Source: a virus
DNA: 64,000 bases
Strand: one strand, 5' to 3'
IMG/VR virus record: IMGVR_UViG_3300030098_006570
Coordinates: 64,001-128,000 of that record
Shown: positions 12,901 to 23,500 of the stretch, in pieces
Layout: the number at the start of each line of letters is the position of its first letter
Position numbering within the stretch: position 1 is the first letter of the stretch
Translations under genes and position numbers: made by a program
The notes under the pieces: generated by a model
Databases searched by the model: none
What the model saw: the letters and a program-made list of their open reading frames with translations, nothing else
What the model was told of the DNA's origin: nothing

Positions 12901-15900
12901 CACGGGAAGGTTAGTTCCCGGTACCAGACGACCAGCGGGCGCTGTGGCGTCCATAACAAAATTCGTGCGCTTATTGGGATGGAATCCAACACCGCCAACC
13001 GTCACACTCCCCTCTGTTCCAAAGCGAACGGGTGAGTCGGCAGCAATATTGCGAGATTTTTCAATAGCCCGGAGGAGATCTTGGCGTACATTGTTAGTTG
13101 TAGCCGAGGTGGCCCCCTTCAATGTAGGGTTCTCGGTTCGGCTAGCCTCAGTCTTCCACCAGTAAGCCTTATCCTTTTGGTTCTTCGACGGGGGTGCGTG
13201 TATAAAGCTCCATTCTTTGGTTCGAATCGGATTGGACGACCCAATCTGGCGACGGAAGTAGGCCGTATTAGCAGATAGTCCGGTACCGGCCGGGAATGAA
13301 TCGGGTGAGTTCATTGCAGTTCCGTCGTTGCCAGTGCCCCAAGTAGAGCCAAATAGTGGATTAGTCTTATCCTCTAAGAAGGGGAACTTACTCTGATACT
13401 TACTTCTCTCTAAAACATGGCTCTCAATCATGGTTCGAACATTAGTCGCAAAATCTGTGGATGCGGGAACAAGTTGCTGCAGCATCACCGTAAGGGCCGA
13501 ATCAAACCACTTATAGAACTCATAAAATTTATCAAAATCGATTTCGGTGTTGGCTACTGTCGCAAAAAACTTTTGTCTCAAGAACTTGAGGCCCTTGTAT
13601 TCGTGGCGGTATCGATTGACGGGAGCGCCGATCAATGTATTCAAGTCCTTGAGGGTTGCAAAGTAATTCAAAATCTCTTCAGAAATATTTTGATACAAAC
13701 TCTTCTCAAAAGCAAAGTAATAATTGATAGGACGTGAATCTATTGTAAACACTTCCTGCTCTGCTTGATTGAACACCTTCACCATTTCTGTTGAATAGAT
13801 ATTTTCAGGCAGCGTCTGGCGCGCGGAAATTACATAATCTTTATCGATGGCCGTCGTAGAGGACGCGGCGAAACCAAAGCCCAGGCCGGCATATTGCTCA
13901 TTGAGCATCCGACCGATCCAACCATTGTTGGCAGTCGCCACAGCATTCGATCCAGACGCCTCATCGGTAACAGTAAATTGGCCTGCGGCGTTGGATCCCG
14001 TATTCTGGCTAAACTCCCAATTGAGCATGAGTGTTTCGAATTCGGGAATCTCTCCGAAGGATGCAGAGGCATTGAAAGGATATGCATAAAAGTGAGGGTT
14101 AAGGGTTCCGGCATTCTGTGTGTCATATGCGTGAGCGGCAAGAGTTGTATCATCAAGATAGTTGAGCCAATAACGGCATGCATTGATCTTCACATCTGAT
14201 CGTTCTAGAACTGAACCCGTGTAGTTGGTGCGGTGGGCGCCTATAAATACGCGCTTGCTGCCTGTTACGAAAGCATACTCGCGGCCGGCACCAGGTGAAG
14301 CCAAAGAACCTGTAAGAGTGAATTCATTAAGAACAACACCAGAATCTATCTGAATACCATGCAGTTCGACCACGTAATCAGTGGGCGTGACCCCAGCCAC
14401 ATTTGTATAAGGGTAACTGTCAGGCCGAACACGAACTGCCAAGTTCCATTGTGTATTGTCGTAAACATCTTCGTAGAGAGCAGACTGCAGGCGAGGAACG
14501 ACAGTCGTCACGCCAGAGGTCCCAGTGAGCATAAATTTCACATTGCTGGAGTTTCTCTCATCTCGGACTGCATAGACCTGGAAGTTCACCACATCTGCTT
14601 GTCCGGTATAGCTGGGCCATCGAGGGGCTGTCTCGGAAATTCCTGCATTTCCGTGAACTCCAAACAAGCTAGAGCTAATGATATTGGTATCTTGATAGCC
14701 TGGACTTGCTACATCTATCTTCTCTGGAAAATATACATCTGTTTCTAGGGTAAAGGCGTATCCATTTCTCAGGTTCTGGGATCCCGAAATATACCCTACT
14801 GTATTAACAGTATCAATGGGATTCTGATACTGGAAGATGGTGGCACTTCCGTTTTCCCCAGTGTTGAAATTAGCAAACTTATCTGGGACGCTAACGTTTT
14901 TGCGGTTGCTGCGCATTTCCGCTTCAACGTCATTGGCATAGAGATTAATTTTGACTATTTCGTCATCAATACCGAAACACCTAATCAGATTGCGGAAAGA
15001 TTTCTCGGTACCCTTAGTTTTGTAAATGTAAGAAAGGTTGTTGTAAATGTTTTGATAAATGGTATTTTTGACATCAAAGAGAGTCTTCTCATAAACCCTA
15101 AACTCCGAGCGATCCGCGAGCTTCTCCAGGACATCAGCATCAAGAAAAATATCAGGCGCAACAAAGCCATGTGAATTCAAAAGGCGCTCGGCATAAGGCA
15201 AAGGCTTTTGCGTTCCGCTTGGGTACTGAACGTCTCGTAATGATGTTAGGGCTCGCGTCTTCAGTTGCAAATCATCGAAGTAACTCGACATAATCTGCAA
15301 AAGATATTTAGCGTTTTGCTGTCCTTCCTCATCCTCTTCCCGAATCCACTGAGGGAGGGAGTTATAGATATTGGCGTTGTTCCCCGCATCGTAGTCGGAG
15401 CCCGAAATCTCCAAAGATGACGAAAGCGCGACTACAGCCGGATGAAAGTTATAGATAATCGGGTCTTTATACTCTTTGATCGCTGCCTGCGAGATTACTA
15501 TTGCAGAGCCGGTATTCCGCGAATTGGCTGTGTATCCAGTCCATGTACCGTTGGTTACTCGACCAGCGTAATCCAACACAGTGCTATCGGTGGCTGTGCG
15601 ACCGGTGATTCCTTCATTGAACTTGTAGTATACCCCCAACAGAGTGTTGACATCTTCCGGCGTGTCAATAAACGGCTCGGGGTCGTCATTGACGCCGCCG
15701 CCCACCTGAGTGAACCAGTAGCGCCCAATTCCCTGTGATGAGCGCTGGGTCTTCCAATACCTGAATTCATCGAGAGAGCCAGAGAGTTTACCGTAGCCTC
15801 CCACGGCGCTGCTGCCCGAGGGTGAAGTGATGAGCGCGCCTATATAAGCCTGCAGGGCGCCTGTGACCTCTTGGAATCCCGAACCTGTGACAATCTCGTT

Positions 15901-16770
15901 ATTCAGGTTCCCGTCGACATAGAACCGGCTTTGGAGGCCTGTCGAACTTGATTTGAAAGTAAATCCATAATGGTGCCATGCGTCGTCGACGACAGACGCG
16001 CTAGTAAAGGTCGAGGCACCCATACTTAGATCATAAACCCCAGTAGTACCCGACAAGAGGGTCACTCGGAAAGGATTGATGCCCGAGGTGGCGCCCGTAA
16101 GCTCAATGCGCAGGCGACCATAGCCGGCCGAGGATGAGGGTGCGCCGTTCCATAAATCAAAAATTACTTCTTTGCGCGTGAGACCGGTTAGGAATTCTTT
16201 CTTTTTGAGCCAGAACTCTACACTGACTCCGTTGCCGGCAATATCATATTTTAGATTGCTCTCGCGGTTTTTATCCGGCTCATAATAATTGGAGCCAGTA
16301 AATCTAGTCGCATAAGGAGTAAGGCCGTTAGGGTTTCCGTGAGGGCCGCCGTAAAAGTGAATGTACTCGGGAGAGGACGATGAGCCATACCCATCAATTA
16401 TGTTTCCAGTGCCCCATCCGTTAGCCGAGAAAATAATATATCCATTTGTCCGCGGATAAAGGTTGTCGTAGATATAAAGATCAATATCTAATGATTCATT
16501 TTCCCACTCTAGACGCTCTCGGCGTGAGCCGTCATAGGGGAAGCTCTGATAAATACGCTTCAGCGCGCTGTCATAATACTCGGCTGCTAAGCCATAACGA
16601 GCAAAGTTTTCCGGCTTTGAAAAATCAACCCGCGGAATAAAGCGCCGCTCTTTGATAATATCTTCGCGATGGTATCCGACAGACTCAACGACGCCACCGA
16701 TTTCCTTACCAGTGAGCCCTGAGACTGAGTTTACTTGCTCCGCAATTTTGAAATAATTCTTGAGCGACAT
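6961..16770 (-). CDS. Giant baseplate/tail protein with LamG (concanavalin-like) domains (3269 aa)
   Basis: LamG-type motifs (SVEFWLK...WHHYGFTF...FYVDG...GSLDEFRYW; FTIAFWY...WNHVVV...FNGYMCDVAV). Wedge-like segment YNSLPQWIRE...YKTKGTEKSFRNLIRCFG. Lies downstream of gp25/gp6-like genes. Confidence 0.7.
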   Translation of the reverse strand: MSLKNYFKIAEQVNSVSGLTGKEIGGVVESVGYHREDIIKERRFIPRVDFSKPENFARYGLAAEYYDSALKRIYQSFPYDGSRRERLEWENESLDIDLYIYDNLYPRTNGYIIFSANGWGTGNIIDGYGSSSSPEYIHFYGGPHGNPNGLTPYATRFTGSNYYEPDKNRESNLKYDIAGNGVSVEFWLKKKEFLTGLTRKEVIFDLWNGAPSSSAGYGRLRIELTGATSGINPFRVTLLSGTTGVYDLSMGASTFTSASVVDDAWHHYGFTFKSSSTGLQSRFYVDGNLNNEIVTGSGFQEVTGALQAYIGALITSPSGSSAVGGYGKLSGSLDEFRYWKTQRSSQGIGRYWFTQVGGGVNDDPEPFIDTPEDVNTLLGVYYKFNEGITGRTATDSTVLDYAGRVTNGTWTGYTANSRNTGSAIVISQAAIKEYKDPIIYNFHPAVVALSSSLEISGSDYDAGNNANIYNSLPQWIREEDEEGQQNAKYLLQIMSSYFDDLQLKTRALTSLRDVQYPSGTQKPLPYAERLLNSHGFVAPDIFLDADVLEKLADRSEFRVYEKTLFDVKNTIYQNIYNNLSYIYKTKGTEKSFRNLIRCFGIDDEIVKINLYANDVEAEMRSNRKNVSVPDKFANFNTGENGSATIFQYQNPIDTVNTVGYISGSQNLRNGYAFTLETDVYFPEKIDVASPGYQDTNIISSSLFGVHGNAGISETAPRWPSYTGQADVVNFQVYAVRDERNSSNVKFMLTGTSGVTTVVPRLQSALYEDVYDNTQWNLAVRVRPDSYPYTNVAGVTPTDYVVELHGIQIDSGVVLNEFTLTGSLASPGAGREYAFVTGSKRVFIGAHRTNYTGSVLERSDVKINACRYWLNYLDDTTLAAHAYDTQNAGTLNPHFYAYPFNASASFGEIPEFETLMLNWEFSQNTGSNAAGQFTVTDEASGSNAVATANNGWIGRMLNEQYAGLGFGFAASSTTAIDKDYVISARQTLPENIYSTEMVKVFNQAEQEVFTIDSRPINYYFAFEKSLYQNISEEILNYFATLKDLNTLIGAPVNRYRHEYKGLKFLRQKFFATVANTEIDFDKFYEFYKWFDSALTVMLQQLVPASTDFATNVRTMIESHVLERSKYQSKFPFLEDKTNPLFGSTWGTGNDGTAMNSPDSFPAGTGLSANTAYFRRQIGSSNPIRTKEWSFIHAPPSKNQKDKAYWWKTEASRTENPTLKGATSATTNNVRQDLLRAIEKSRNIAADSPVRFGTEGSVTVGGVGFHPNKRTNFVMDATAPAGRLVPGTNLPVNIMLSFQDDVEQLIDTNDIYYPTLKQRLGFGINPDINRGAPLGNKSSTKNKMDGNILAPFSLYSSSVKSGFNQDVINLYHSGVTITNLHHDIVHTNDIPLQGPFTEKYVGGWQYRHQDINVQKASNPGKNNLDSRDTRAEGWMLKLGLCEAAVSQGSGALGIVGPQYPDATSASGSAPRGYLLNRPKANLAREEYAKRPVNIRNIKMTTGSTIIGNYEKNYQVVQTAGRELNDPFFNDQSFNFAPYPETLATRGRFPLFVPLSPSPPTSLKFYAADDTRLDAGSQDNWSTAFADVATTGFTIAFWYYNTVDPSNNKRLFQIGTIQSGIFSSQGISIYLYVNGGVNTIYADVKDAAPKTSYARSSGVSDYTWNHVVVRVPEGAIDSSAGETISICINGVESTAAAGTDAVDWTTVSFDSGAQIGDSAQFANPFNGYMCDVAVMTGLPTLAGVSAMYNSGTRPDLASVSLGGSATLINWWKLGLDYAGQPPAGGIFVDQVGGSFFEAVPTNFGSTPDEEGVKEVSPPIVNALRPEPAALYNNTANPGGALNYLLPSRTGSNSQHTVFVNRFAGSGYEVMSLGYMDPAHEALSVYNALPYHNLSLLDYGLSGSASVDPLAEKTITVIDQIDKNRGLDQRATLHCGQFGHDAAYGSVPASTYVTIPSWHKTNRNPRKRIVSASGGYITGTVYDNLYVQHQIPRSTQQYSWITASLAFGSTIFGLESPSCTTANSLTQLVSGASYSESGVPYTSSFTALNLVVKDSLNTRTHTAGSSSVQRLVNIPRAKATNALNLARNGAYGYPSWKQIRVGESPMARALRKANKIGTVLPPPKVPKMSYVYSGSTLVRSGLRGYVEGLKPTQFVDYVERPVASSARPVYFAFQDNTENSDPRNNISLKVSYANNLGYFTNEGLNNRLNLGKPVDDHQPLKTITDFTRNSGLSVVANYKQRVYPADINAYSRVVRMRPNYSIKNIWNNIRSVRSSEGGLTGSMGYATASQSIWPIDGHNNYASTSSVLGINDGAGELQANYTRYVADPAAEYLGTDNTRRPGPIYSTPIYLGSASATAGSRPVIAGDAPFTAYRQAGLVPYYEATAYAEELRASAKDYSLLPEFRISDHMSTYIEKKEGDFLASIDDIFSLTGAEIPNSSGQDFYKVYSNSDFMKYFSVIDEDLQEQRSGDLTITRDKISLSCKAFLKLLPYKGFFPIERTLELATLFSQSVQKTILQASSVLGAQKMVSSIPYEMMFSPGILYNTIKSGIGVSHFCVVNGQDGKLVDPMLSGNAAAAAGYAGRSRVILPEGTLVMQDCAVVNAAQTGLNRGYVINRVPFETLYKPETFFSPTSLGSLSGAAPQYPFVYSTAPSQSVSLAAANSWIYAQSGTPKQMSVDMTTFQADRLYSLAIDNFLCAASDIFVDKFSSFVSAREDSFGVAKSGSVYTMRVKLARSQLGAASFGTSGDPTDPAYGTFDMYRRQSAFGQPIVGVSGSGGATPSYMHVTPPYMGGYAEAELVYTASYDGRPALADIFGGLSINYMRQENSASQTYVTASGYAAPYGISSKGGAGYTLAQYGPPSPGIMHLDACYNFTEALGEIVSGTVDQKFRWLIQSKFETPILNVQSASTPGGWNPAPPASYPLHRGPFTSDGADTVLTHGLWHQYGRVPSADKEGVFLSLAEAESAARAAGRGIGAADAPLSLAKLVGFPVTSRRVGTVKREFRWEEAVVAVPFEIIQNNRRFISMDKYKNSHAYRNLKAMMSKYNFPPRFDFTKFSTVDPILMYVFEFGTDMSQQDIANIWQNLLPEIGSKFTTSEVIVEERELLDLLLGEATDLRWMVFKVKKRVAIDFERNRRALETSNTASMPVYIDEKYSYNWPYDYCSLVELAQIEQDVQWASRDVQSTGTATIMYNPEAPTTPTISAAPMPASMIGSIPNTTPQASVTPEPQALEIERRRPVDTAPRFSVDGDRAPRKSSKRKTRRRTTGKKKR

Positions 16771-16777
16771 GTATTAA

Positions 16778-18343
16778 TTATTCTTCAACTCGAAATTTGA
16801 ACGTTTGGGGCTGTTCAATCCAACTCCCTATACTATCATTATAATATGCTAATTTAATACCATACATGTAGCCAGGGTCCAGAAGTCCCATGTCCAGATC
16901 AAAGTAGTTCCCACTTACATCATATGAAAGATGTGTACAATTATAATCATTGCTTCCTGTGCCGAAAGAGATTACCGTCAGATCATCCACAACTCGGTAG
17001 ATGGAGTAAGACGCACTATTGATAATTTCTGTAGGATTGTTTGCCGTGGCCTTTACATAGATCGTGGGATTCCAATACTTGTTTCTTACAAACGTTCGGA
17101 AGCGCGCTGTTTCGTTCACGCTATAGCTTTTACGCAAATTCCGTATGTTGGTGTTATAATTCAAAGTAGGGGCACTACCATATTTAGGCATCGCGCTAGG
17201 GTAGATGGAACCGGTGAAGAATTCGACCCCATCACTACGGCGCCACACATCATTAATTCCTTCAAAAGGACTCGCGCCGGCCGTCAAGGCAAAACTGCAT
17301 GAATAAATTCCCGTACTAATATAGCTGGCTGTGGCATTCGTGCTTAGTGCCGTCGTAACACCCCCTCCTAAGGGCAGCCGTATCGCGGAGCCCGTCGGTG
17401 CGCCAGTGGCAGAACTGGAATAGAAAGAGGCAGTCAAATTGGCAGCATTTCCTGTGGTGCCAATCCCCGGCAGGTTGACCAGGCGTCCCCGTACGTAATT
17501 ATAAAGATAGATGGAGTTAAGATTATCCGACGCAGGAGCAAAGGAACTTGAAAAATAAAATTGTCCGCGCTGGTCTTTAACGGTGGAGTCCCATCGAGCT
17601 TCAATAACAGGGCGCTTGAAGAAGAACTCCGTTGAACGAGCGAAGAATTTCTTGGTGTAGTAGGTCTGTGTAGCGCCGCCGAGGTTTTGTACCACGCCCG
17701 CTGCTGAGCTAGCAGATGCATAGGCTTCTTCGCTGGACGTGAGAAAAATCCCCACTCCATAGTTGTTGATTCCACCGCCGCCCGGGGTCGCGATCCACTG
17801 TTCAACAAGGCCACTAATATCTAATTCTATATCTTCCCATCCCAAGGGAAAAGTTACTTTATACCTATTACCCGCAGGGTCGGCGCTGGCGGTGGCATAA
17901 TCTCCACCCATATTGGTCCACGCGGTGGTGGTACTCGCCGACATCCAGTTGGATTTTCCAAGATCTTGATAATTATCCATATCAAGTCCCGTACCCTCGA
18001 CCCACTGAGTAGTGATGGGTACAACCTCTAGGGTATACCCTTGCGGCAGGGTCCATGGAGTTTCGGCATTGTACATTCGCAAGAAGAATGAGACTGATCC
18101 CGAAGTCGGCAGCGTACCTGCGCTGCGGGCGGCACTAATCTGGGCGACCGGAAATTGAATTATGGCACGGGACAGTTCTTGGGTGGCGCCGGCTGTCGAA
18201 GATGATAACTGCCCATAAATAGAAAAGATTTCTACAGAATCAGCATACCCCATGTTCGAGCCCGTACCTCGTTGGGTGAGGTTCGACTCCAATGCGTTCG
18301 TGATGGTGTTATCAAGACTAGCTGTGTATCTCAGAATGGCCAT
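16778..18343 (-). CDS. Baseplate-associated structural protein (521 aa)
   Basis: S/T/G-rich beta-type sequence, coupled to the wedge gene. Confidence 0.6.
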   Translation of the reverse strand: MAILRYTASLDNTITNALESNLTQRGTGSNMGYADSVEIFSIYGQLSSSTAGATQELSRAIIQFPVAQISAARSAGTLPTSGSVSFFLRMYNAETPWTLPQGYTLEVVPITTQWVEGTGLDMDNYQDLGKSNWMSASTTTAWTNMGGDYATASADPAGNRYKVTFPLGWEDIELDISGLVEQWIATPGGGGINNYGVGIFLTSSEEAYASASSAAGVVQNLGGATQTYYTKKFFARSTEFFFKRPVIEARWDSTVKDQRGQFYFSSSFAPASDNLNSIYLYNYVRGRLVNLPGIGTTGNAANLTASFYSSSATGAPTGSAIRLPLGGGVTTALSTNATASYISTGIYSCSFALTAGASPFEGINDVWRRSDGVEFFTGSIYPSAMPKYGSAPTLNYNTNIRNLRKSYSVNETARFRTFVRNKYWNPTIYVKATANNPTEIINSASYSIYRVVDDLTVISFGTGSNDYNCTHLSYDVSGNYFDLDMGLLDPGYMYGIKLAYYNDSIGSWIEQPQTFKFRVEE

Positions 18344-20139
18344 TATCTAACACTCCCCATGATGTCTAGGCTCGGAAATTTCAATTCAAAAATAGTATTC
18401 TCATCCGCTCGAATCATGCGCCCGTCTGCTGACATCGCTCGTTCTGGGTCAAAATCAGATTCGGCATAACGGCCGCCATTCTTTGAAACAATTTCTACAC
18501 CCATAACATCCACAACCCCCTCTACTTTATTAAGTTGACGGTATATATCGTTAATGCGGATTGGTTCGCCAATCTCAAAGCGATTGCGAGCCAAATAGGT
18601 TTGAATATTTTGATTGGCCTGGGCTAGTGCGGTATAGCGACTAGTATTCATGTCGAGACTGAGGGTGTACTTGATGCCAAAATTGATAATGCGAGCATCT
18701 AAAATATCTACAGTATCATTGATCATTTTATAATTAAGAATCCAATTTTTTAGATTATCTTTGAGAGTCTGGTTGGCGGCGACTAATTTTCCGGATGTAT
18801 TTTCCGAAATAACATACAAATTCAAATTACGCTTGAAGGCATCAAAATCGCGGACCAAATTAACCCCGCGTACCGCGCCAAACTTAGTCGGCATCGCGTA
18901 ACACATAGCACGATAATCTTCTGTTGTCACCGCTCGGTGTTGTGTGGCATAAAACCCAAAAACACGCTGCTTGATATCATCCGCCGACGGCATACTCACA
19001 CTTCCCACAAAGGGCGCCTCATTGGTGACCTCTAGTGAGTTCAAAACAGCAGTTCTCTGGGCAACTGGTAGAGTAGCCGGCGAAGAAAATTTTACTAACG
19101 GATTTCCTACAACAACAATGGTATCCGCGCCAGCATTCACATCTTTGGTTGTATTGACACGATATCCGATACGCAAGGTAGTATTAGCCGGCGCAATACC
19201 AAATTTATCCGAAGAAATAAGTTTGGTGGGATCAAAACCTGCATCGGTAATATAATTCCTCCCATTAAGATCTAGCATCAAGTTGGAAGGATCCACGACT
19301 GCTTCAGATACCAGCTCCGAATCTGAGCCGTATCCAAACTGTAAATAAGTACTAGTATCTGTGGATTCCACAACGAAACGACGTGCAACCGGAACAGCCT
19401 TTAGAATATTAGCAACTGTTTGTTTGGTTGCGGTAGTATTACGAATAGCTTTGAAAATAATATTTTGGGAGAGATTGTCGACTTCATAATAGCGGTGCCC
19501 CTCCGAGTCCATGACACTTATTACTTCAGTAACGTTTTGGTTACCTAACTCTACTTTCCGAAAGCGCTCAAATGATCCCACCGTGACTTCCTGAAAGGCA
19601 GTGCGGCCGGAGACAGCTCGACCTTTGGCGCGAATCACATAACTAGTTGGCAATCCACTCGTAGAGTCTACACTTCCTACAACAACCTGGTTGGTGCTTT
19701 GGGAAAAAACCACATCTTGCAAGAGCGAATAAGAGCCGCCGCCGGTTGATGAAAAGGTTGAGCCCGCCTGGAGGGTGGGCGCGAAATTCAAATCGGGTCC
19801 GGGACCAGTAGTAGAAGCTGGCACCTTAATATAAAAAGTAAGCATGCCGTAGGAGGACGGGTTGCGATCAATTTTATACCCTAGTTGTCGAGCTAGTTTG
19901 ACGACGTTATTATACTCAACTGCCGTCTCCAAAAAACTTTCGTTGGCCTGGTAATCCAAGTAGAAGGACAAAATGTCGCCAATATAGGCCACTGTGTCCA
20001 GCATAAGAGAACCAAAAGAAGCTTCATTGAAGTCTTTGTATGTATCCGCATAATAGCGTTTTGCAAAGGTTTCTAAGTCGCGACGAATAGAATCAAAATC
20101 GCGGCTAGTATAATCAATAGGTTGTAATCGTTTAGGCAT
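18343..20139 (-). CDS. Baseplate wedge subunit (T4 gp6 / baseplate J-like)
   Basis: IDYTSRDFDSIRRDL...DFNEASFGSLMLDTVAYIGDILSFYLDYQANESFLETA...LARQLGY and QHRAVTTEDY are typical of this family. Confidence 0.9.
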   Translation of the reverse strand: MPKRLQPIDYTSRDFDSIRRDLETFAKRYYADTYKDFNEASFGSLMLDTVAYIGDILSFYLDYQANESFLETAVEYNNVVKLARQLGYKIDRNPSSYGMLTFYIKVPASTTGPGPDLNFAPTLQAGSTFSSTGGGSYSLLQDVVFSQSTNQVVVGSVDSTSGLPTSYVIRAKGRAVSGRTAFQEVTVGSFERFRKVELGNQNVTEVISVMDSEGHRYYEVDNLSQNIIFKAIRNTTATKQTVANILKAVPVARRFVVESTDTSTYLQFGYGSDSELVSEAVVDPSNLMLDLNGRNYITDAGFDPTKLISSDKFGIAPANTTLRIGYRVNTTKDVNAGADTIVVVGNPLVKFSSPATLPVAQRTAVLNSLEVTNEAPFVGSVSMPSADDIKQRVFGFYATQHRAVTTEDYRAMCYAMPTKFGAVRGVNLVRDFDAFKRNLNLYVISENTSGKLVAANQTLKDNLKNWILNYKMINDTVDILDARIINFGIKYTLSLDMNTSRYTALAQANQNIQTYLARNRFEIGEPIRINDIYRQLNKVEGVVDVMGVEIVSKNGGRYAESDFDPERAMSADGRMIRADENTIFELKFPSLDIMGSVR

Positions 20140-20158
20140 GCTAGTGGTCTCGTAATAA

Positions 20159-20554
20159 TTAGTTAGTGTTCACAGGAATCAATACACTCGTTGAAATTTG
20201 TAAAGGCACAATTGTAAACTGAATTTGAATGGCAATTGTGTTAGGAAAGAGATCAGGGTTGTTTTCCGGCGTACTAAACGTGATGTTGTTAATCTGAACA
20301 AACTTCATATAAGTGGCGACTTGGCTATAAATTCGGTCGTTGATAGCGTCATAAGTTGAAAGATTGTTATTTTCAAAAAAGAACCTACGGAGCCCGACAC
20401 CAAAGCTAGGATTCATCATCCTCTCTCCCGGATTAGTTAATATTAGCATTTTGAGATTCTGAGTTACCACTTGCTTATAATCTGTATTGAGATTATAAGC
20501 TCCGAATGTTTCATCTACAACCAAAGGTAACTGTGGGGATAAGCCTGACGCCAT
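20159..20554 (-). CDS. Baseplate gp25/GPW-like protein
   Basis: QNLKMLILTNPGERMMNPSFGVGLRRFFFE signature. Confidence 0.92.
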   Translation of the reverse strand: MASGLSPQLPLVVDETFGAYNLNTDYKQVVTQNLKMLILTNPGERMMNPSFGVGLRRFFFENNNLSTYDAINDRIYSQVATYMKFVQINNITFSTPENNPDLFPNTIAIQIQFTIVPLQISTSVLIPVNTN

Positions 20555-20584
20555 TTCTTTTTCTCCTAGTGCGCTACACTATAA

Positions 20585-23500
20585 TTAACACTCCGGCAAA
20601 CTTTCTTCCCCAGAAACTTCAGTCTCTTCTCCATCGAGATCATCTTCGATCGCCTTTTTCGCCAATTCGAGCAAGATGTATAACACTCCAAAAGGAAGAG
20701 GGGGTAACATTATCATGCCAGTAAGGGTGCCTGTGAAGTCAACGCCGTCAAGAGTAAATTTAGGCAAAATATTGTTGATAAGCTCTTCGTTATTGGCGGC
20801 ATTATTGAGCGGCGGAGGACTGGCGCTTATGGCTGCCTCCAGGCCTGATTGCATTCCAAATTCAACCAAACACAGCATAACTCCAAGTAACTGTTCGCCA
20901 GTAATTTCAAGGCCGGTTTGCTCCTTCAACTCTGCTAAGGGTGGAGCTGCATCAATAACTTTGATAATTTCACTAAATGCGGTCCCCGTTATATTGCGCA
21001 CCACCTTCCATATGGCTACGTGGGGGTCTATCATTTCTGCAAGGCCCTTCAAAATCATGATGGGGGTCTCTATGAGCATCTTTAAGATGAAATCACGACC
21101 CATAGACTGCATGGTAGCTGCGAACTCCGGACCTTGTGTGTTTTGAATGGCTGCCCTAGCTGCGGCGCGATCGTTGCCTGGATCTTCCTGCTCTTCTCGA
21201 TTGTACAATACATCTAGGAAAGCGTTAACTATAAAGGCTTTTGTGGCACCGTAGGTTTGATCAATCTGTTCAAAATAGCGCTCCGTCAAATAAAAGTTCT
21301 GGTACATGGGGACCATGGTAATAAATGATTGAATAAAAGTCTCACCAAAAATTTGTTTGTAAACGGGATTATTGGCAATACGCGTCACCTCAGCATTACG
21401 TGCGTTCTGTTGCTGGATCGTAAGAGGCCCTGTCGCTAACCAATCATCCAATTGATCGCGTAAAAGCTCGAAGGCCGAGTCAGGTAAAAAAGCATCCCAC
21501 TGATCGTTTTCTACTTCAAAATCAGCTATCGTCACGCGAATAAGAGGGGTATCAACATACCCTACATTATTGTAAAGGAGAGGAGTATCAACAGGCCTAC
21601 CATCTTCATACGTGAATAGGCTGGCCTGATCTTCTATCAAAGCATCCGCGCTTGCTTCGGTGAGTGCAAACAGATTATTCTGACTCTGATCAAGGTCTTG
21701 CATGTGGCCTATTCGCGAAATCAGCAATGATGCATATGATTCCACTGCAATGTCAGCAGAGGTGCCCTGGCCTTGGAGTTCGTTGTTGGACTGACTAGTG
21801 AACTCCGTGTCGAGACTATTAGTGGTGGAGGGCAAGAAGTAAACAAGCCTAGTTTTTACCCGCAAGTTTACAAAGCTAAAATCGAAGTCAGGTAGGAGAA
21901 TGTTGTGGGACCCCTCTATATAGGGAGGACTTGTGTCGCCCCCATAGAAAGTGTTGCGAAACTCGGATAGTTCCAATTCGCCTCCTAATTCTCTCGTTAG
22001 TTCTAGAGCCTCCGGAGCATCGCCGCCGGTGATTCCGTCCCAAACCACCACTCTCTCTAGCGCAAGAGTGCCGTAAGCTAAAGGAGATCCGTTGGTGCGG
22101 GAGAGTATATTATGACCTGGTTCCAAGTCCATCGATGGGTTTCGAAGGCTCGTGAACCCCAAAATATCCTGAATAAAGGCTTGATTGTAGGTTTTTTTGA
22201 ACTGACCTTGTGGTGTCGCCAGTCTTACTGAATTGGACATAGCCGTTCGGCCCCAGTGAATCCTCTGATTAACCAGATAACTGAGCAACTCTAGCCAGTT
22301 AGCATCTGTAAATATGGTCCCCACGGGAAAGACAACCGCCTCATTGTGATCCAGGATGCCGCCGCGGGAAGCAACCACAGCGCGGCCCATCTTGCGATTG
22401 TAATACTCTTGAATAGCTCGGCGCATATCCGGTTGTTGGTTGATACGTCGTTCAAGATCCCCCAGGATCTGAGCTGTCATAAACTGTGCTATGACGGGAT
22501 CCGACATCAACTCATTGACATTGAATGCAGCAAAGGCAAAGATGTTTTTAATAACAAATTCGGCTACCTCGATCTGAATAAGATTCAAGAATAATGACAA
22601 CAGCACCGCATATCGGATCTTGTCGTCCAAAGGTATATCATCATCAAAACAAGCAGATTCTAAGAATTCTTCTTTAACCTGTCTTAGGATTCCGTCAGCA
22701 TCTAGAAGATCGGCTGCTGCTTGGGGGGGGCAATTACTGTTATCTTTGAAAAATTGCAAAGCGCGGACCCCAGCCGCATCAAATACGCCATTTGCAGCAA
22801 TATAGTTAAACATAGCTTTGGTAAGGCCAGCATACAATGACGGATAAAGCCAGGTCTCTATTTCTTCGGTAATAATTAGGTTCTGTTCGAGAGTAGTTGT
22901 ATCCTGTAATATAGGCTGGAGTCCGGTGGCGACAGGGCCTGTGAACCTGTATACATAAGGGTTAGTTTGTAGTCGCATCCCCATTTCCTGGTCAACGCCC
23001 GTCGCAACTGGATAGAAGTGGGATCCCAACACGTCCAATACCGAGGAGCTAATTTGGAATTCAGCTTTTGGCGGCAATATAGTCCCAATGCCCGAGGCAC
23101 TAATTTGTACCTCAGCAAAGCTAAGATTCTCTGCATCCTCTCCACCTCCCATGGCTACTGCGGTGTTGAATCTAGGGTATGAAAGGGTCAAACTATCTTT
23201 GCGGCCAATGGTAGAAAAATTATAGGTTAGGCTGAGATCCCGATAGGCCAAGGCGCCGGCGCCGATATTGGTGACGATGACTGCGTCGGGATCGGCGAGA
23301 GTAGGGTTCCAAGTGGCCAGGGAGCCTGTATTTAGGCTTTCGTCGGCGCTCGTAGCCACATAATGGTTTGCCTCAACTCGCTCAGTCGTATTATTAAAGG
23401 TGGGGGCGCTAGCAATATAATTGGTGAAATTTGAGAGATAATTACTTGGGAAAGAATAAGTGGCACGCAAGTTATTGGGGCCAGGGCCGTCGCTACTCGT

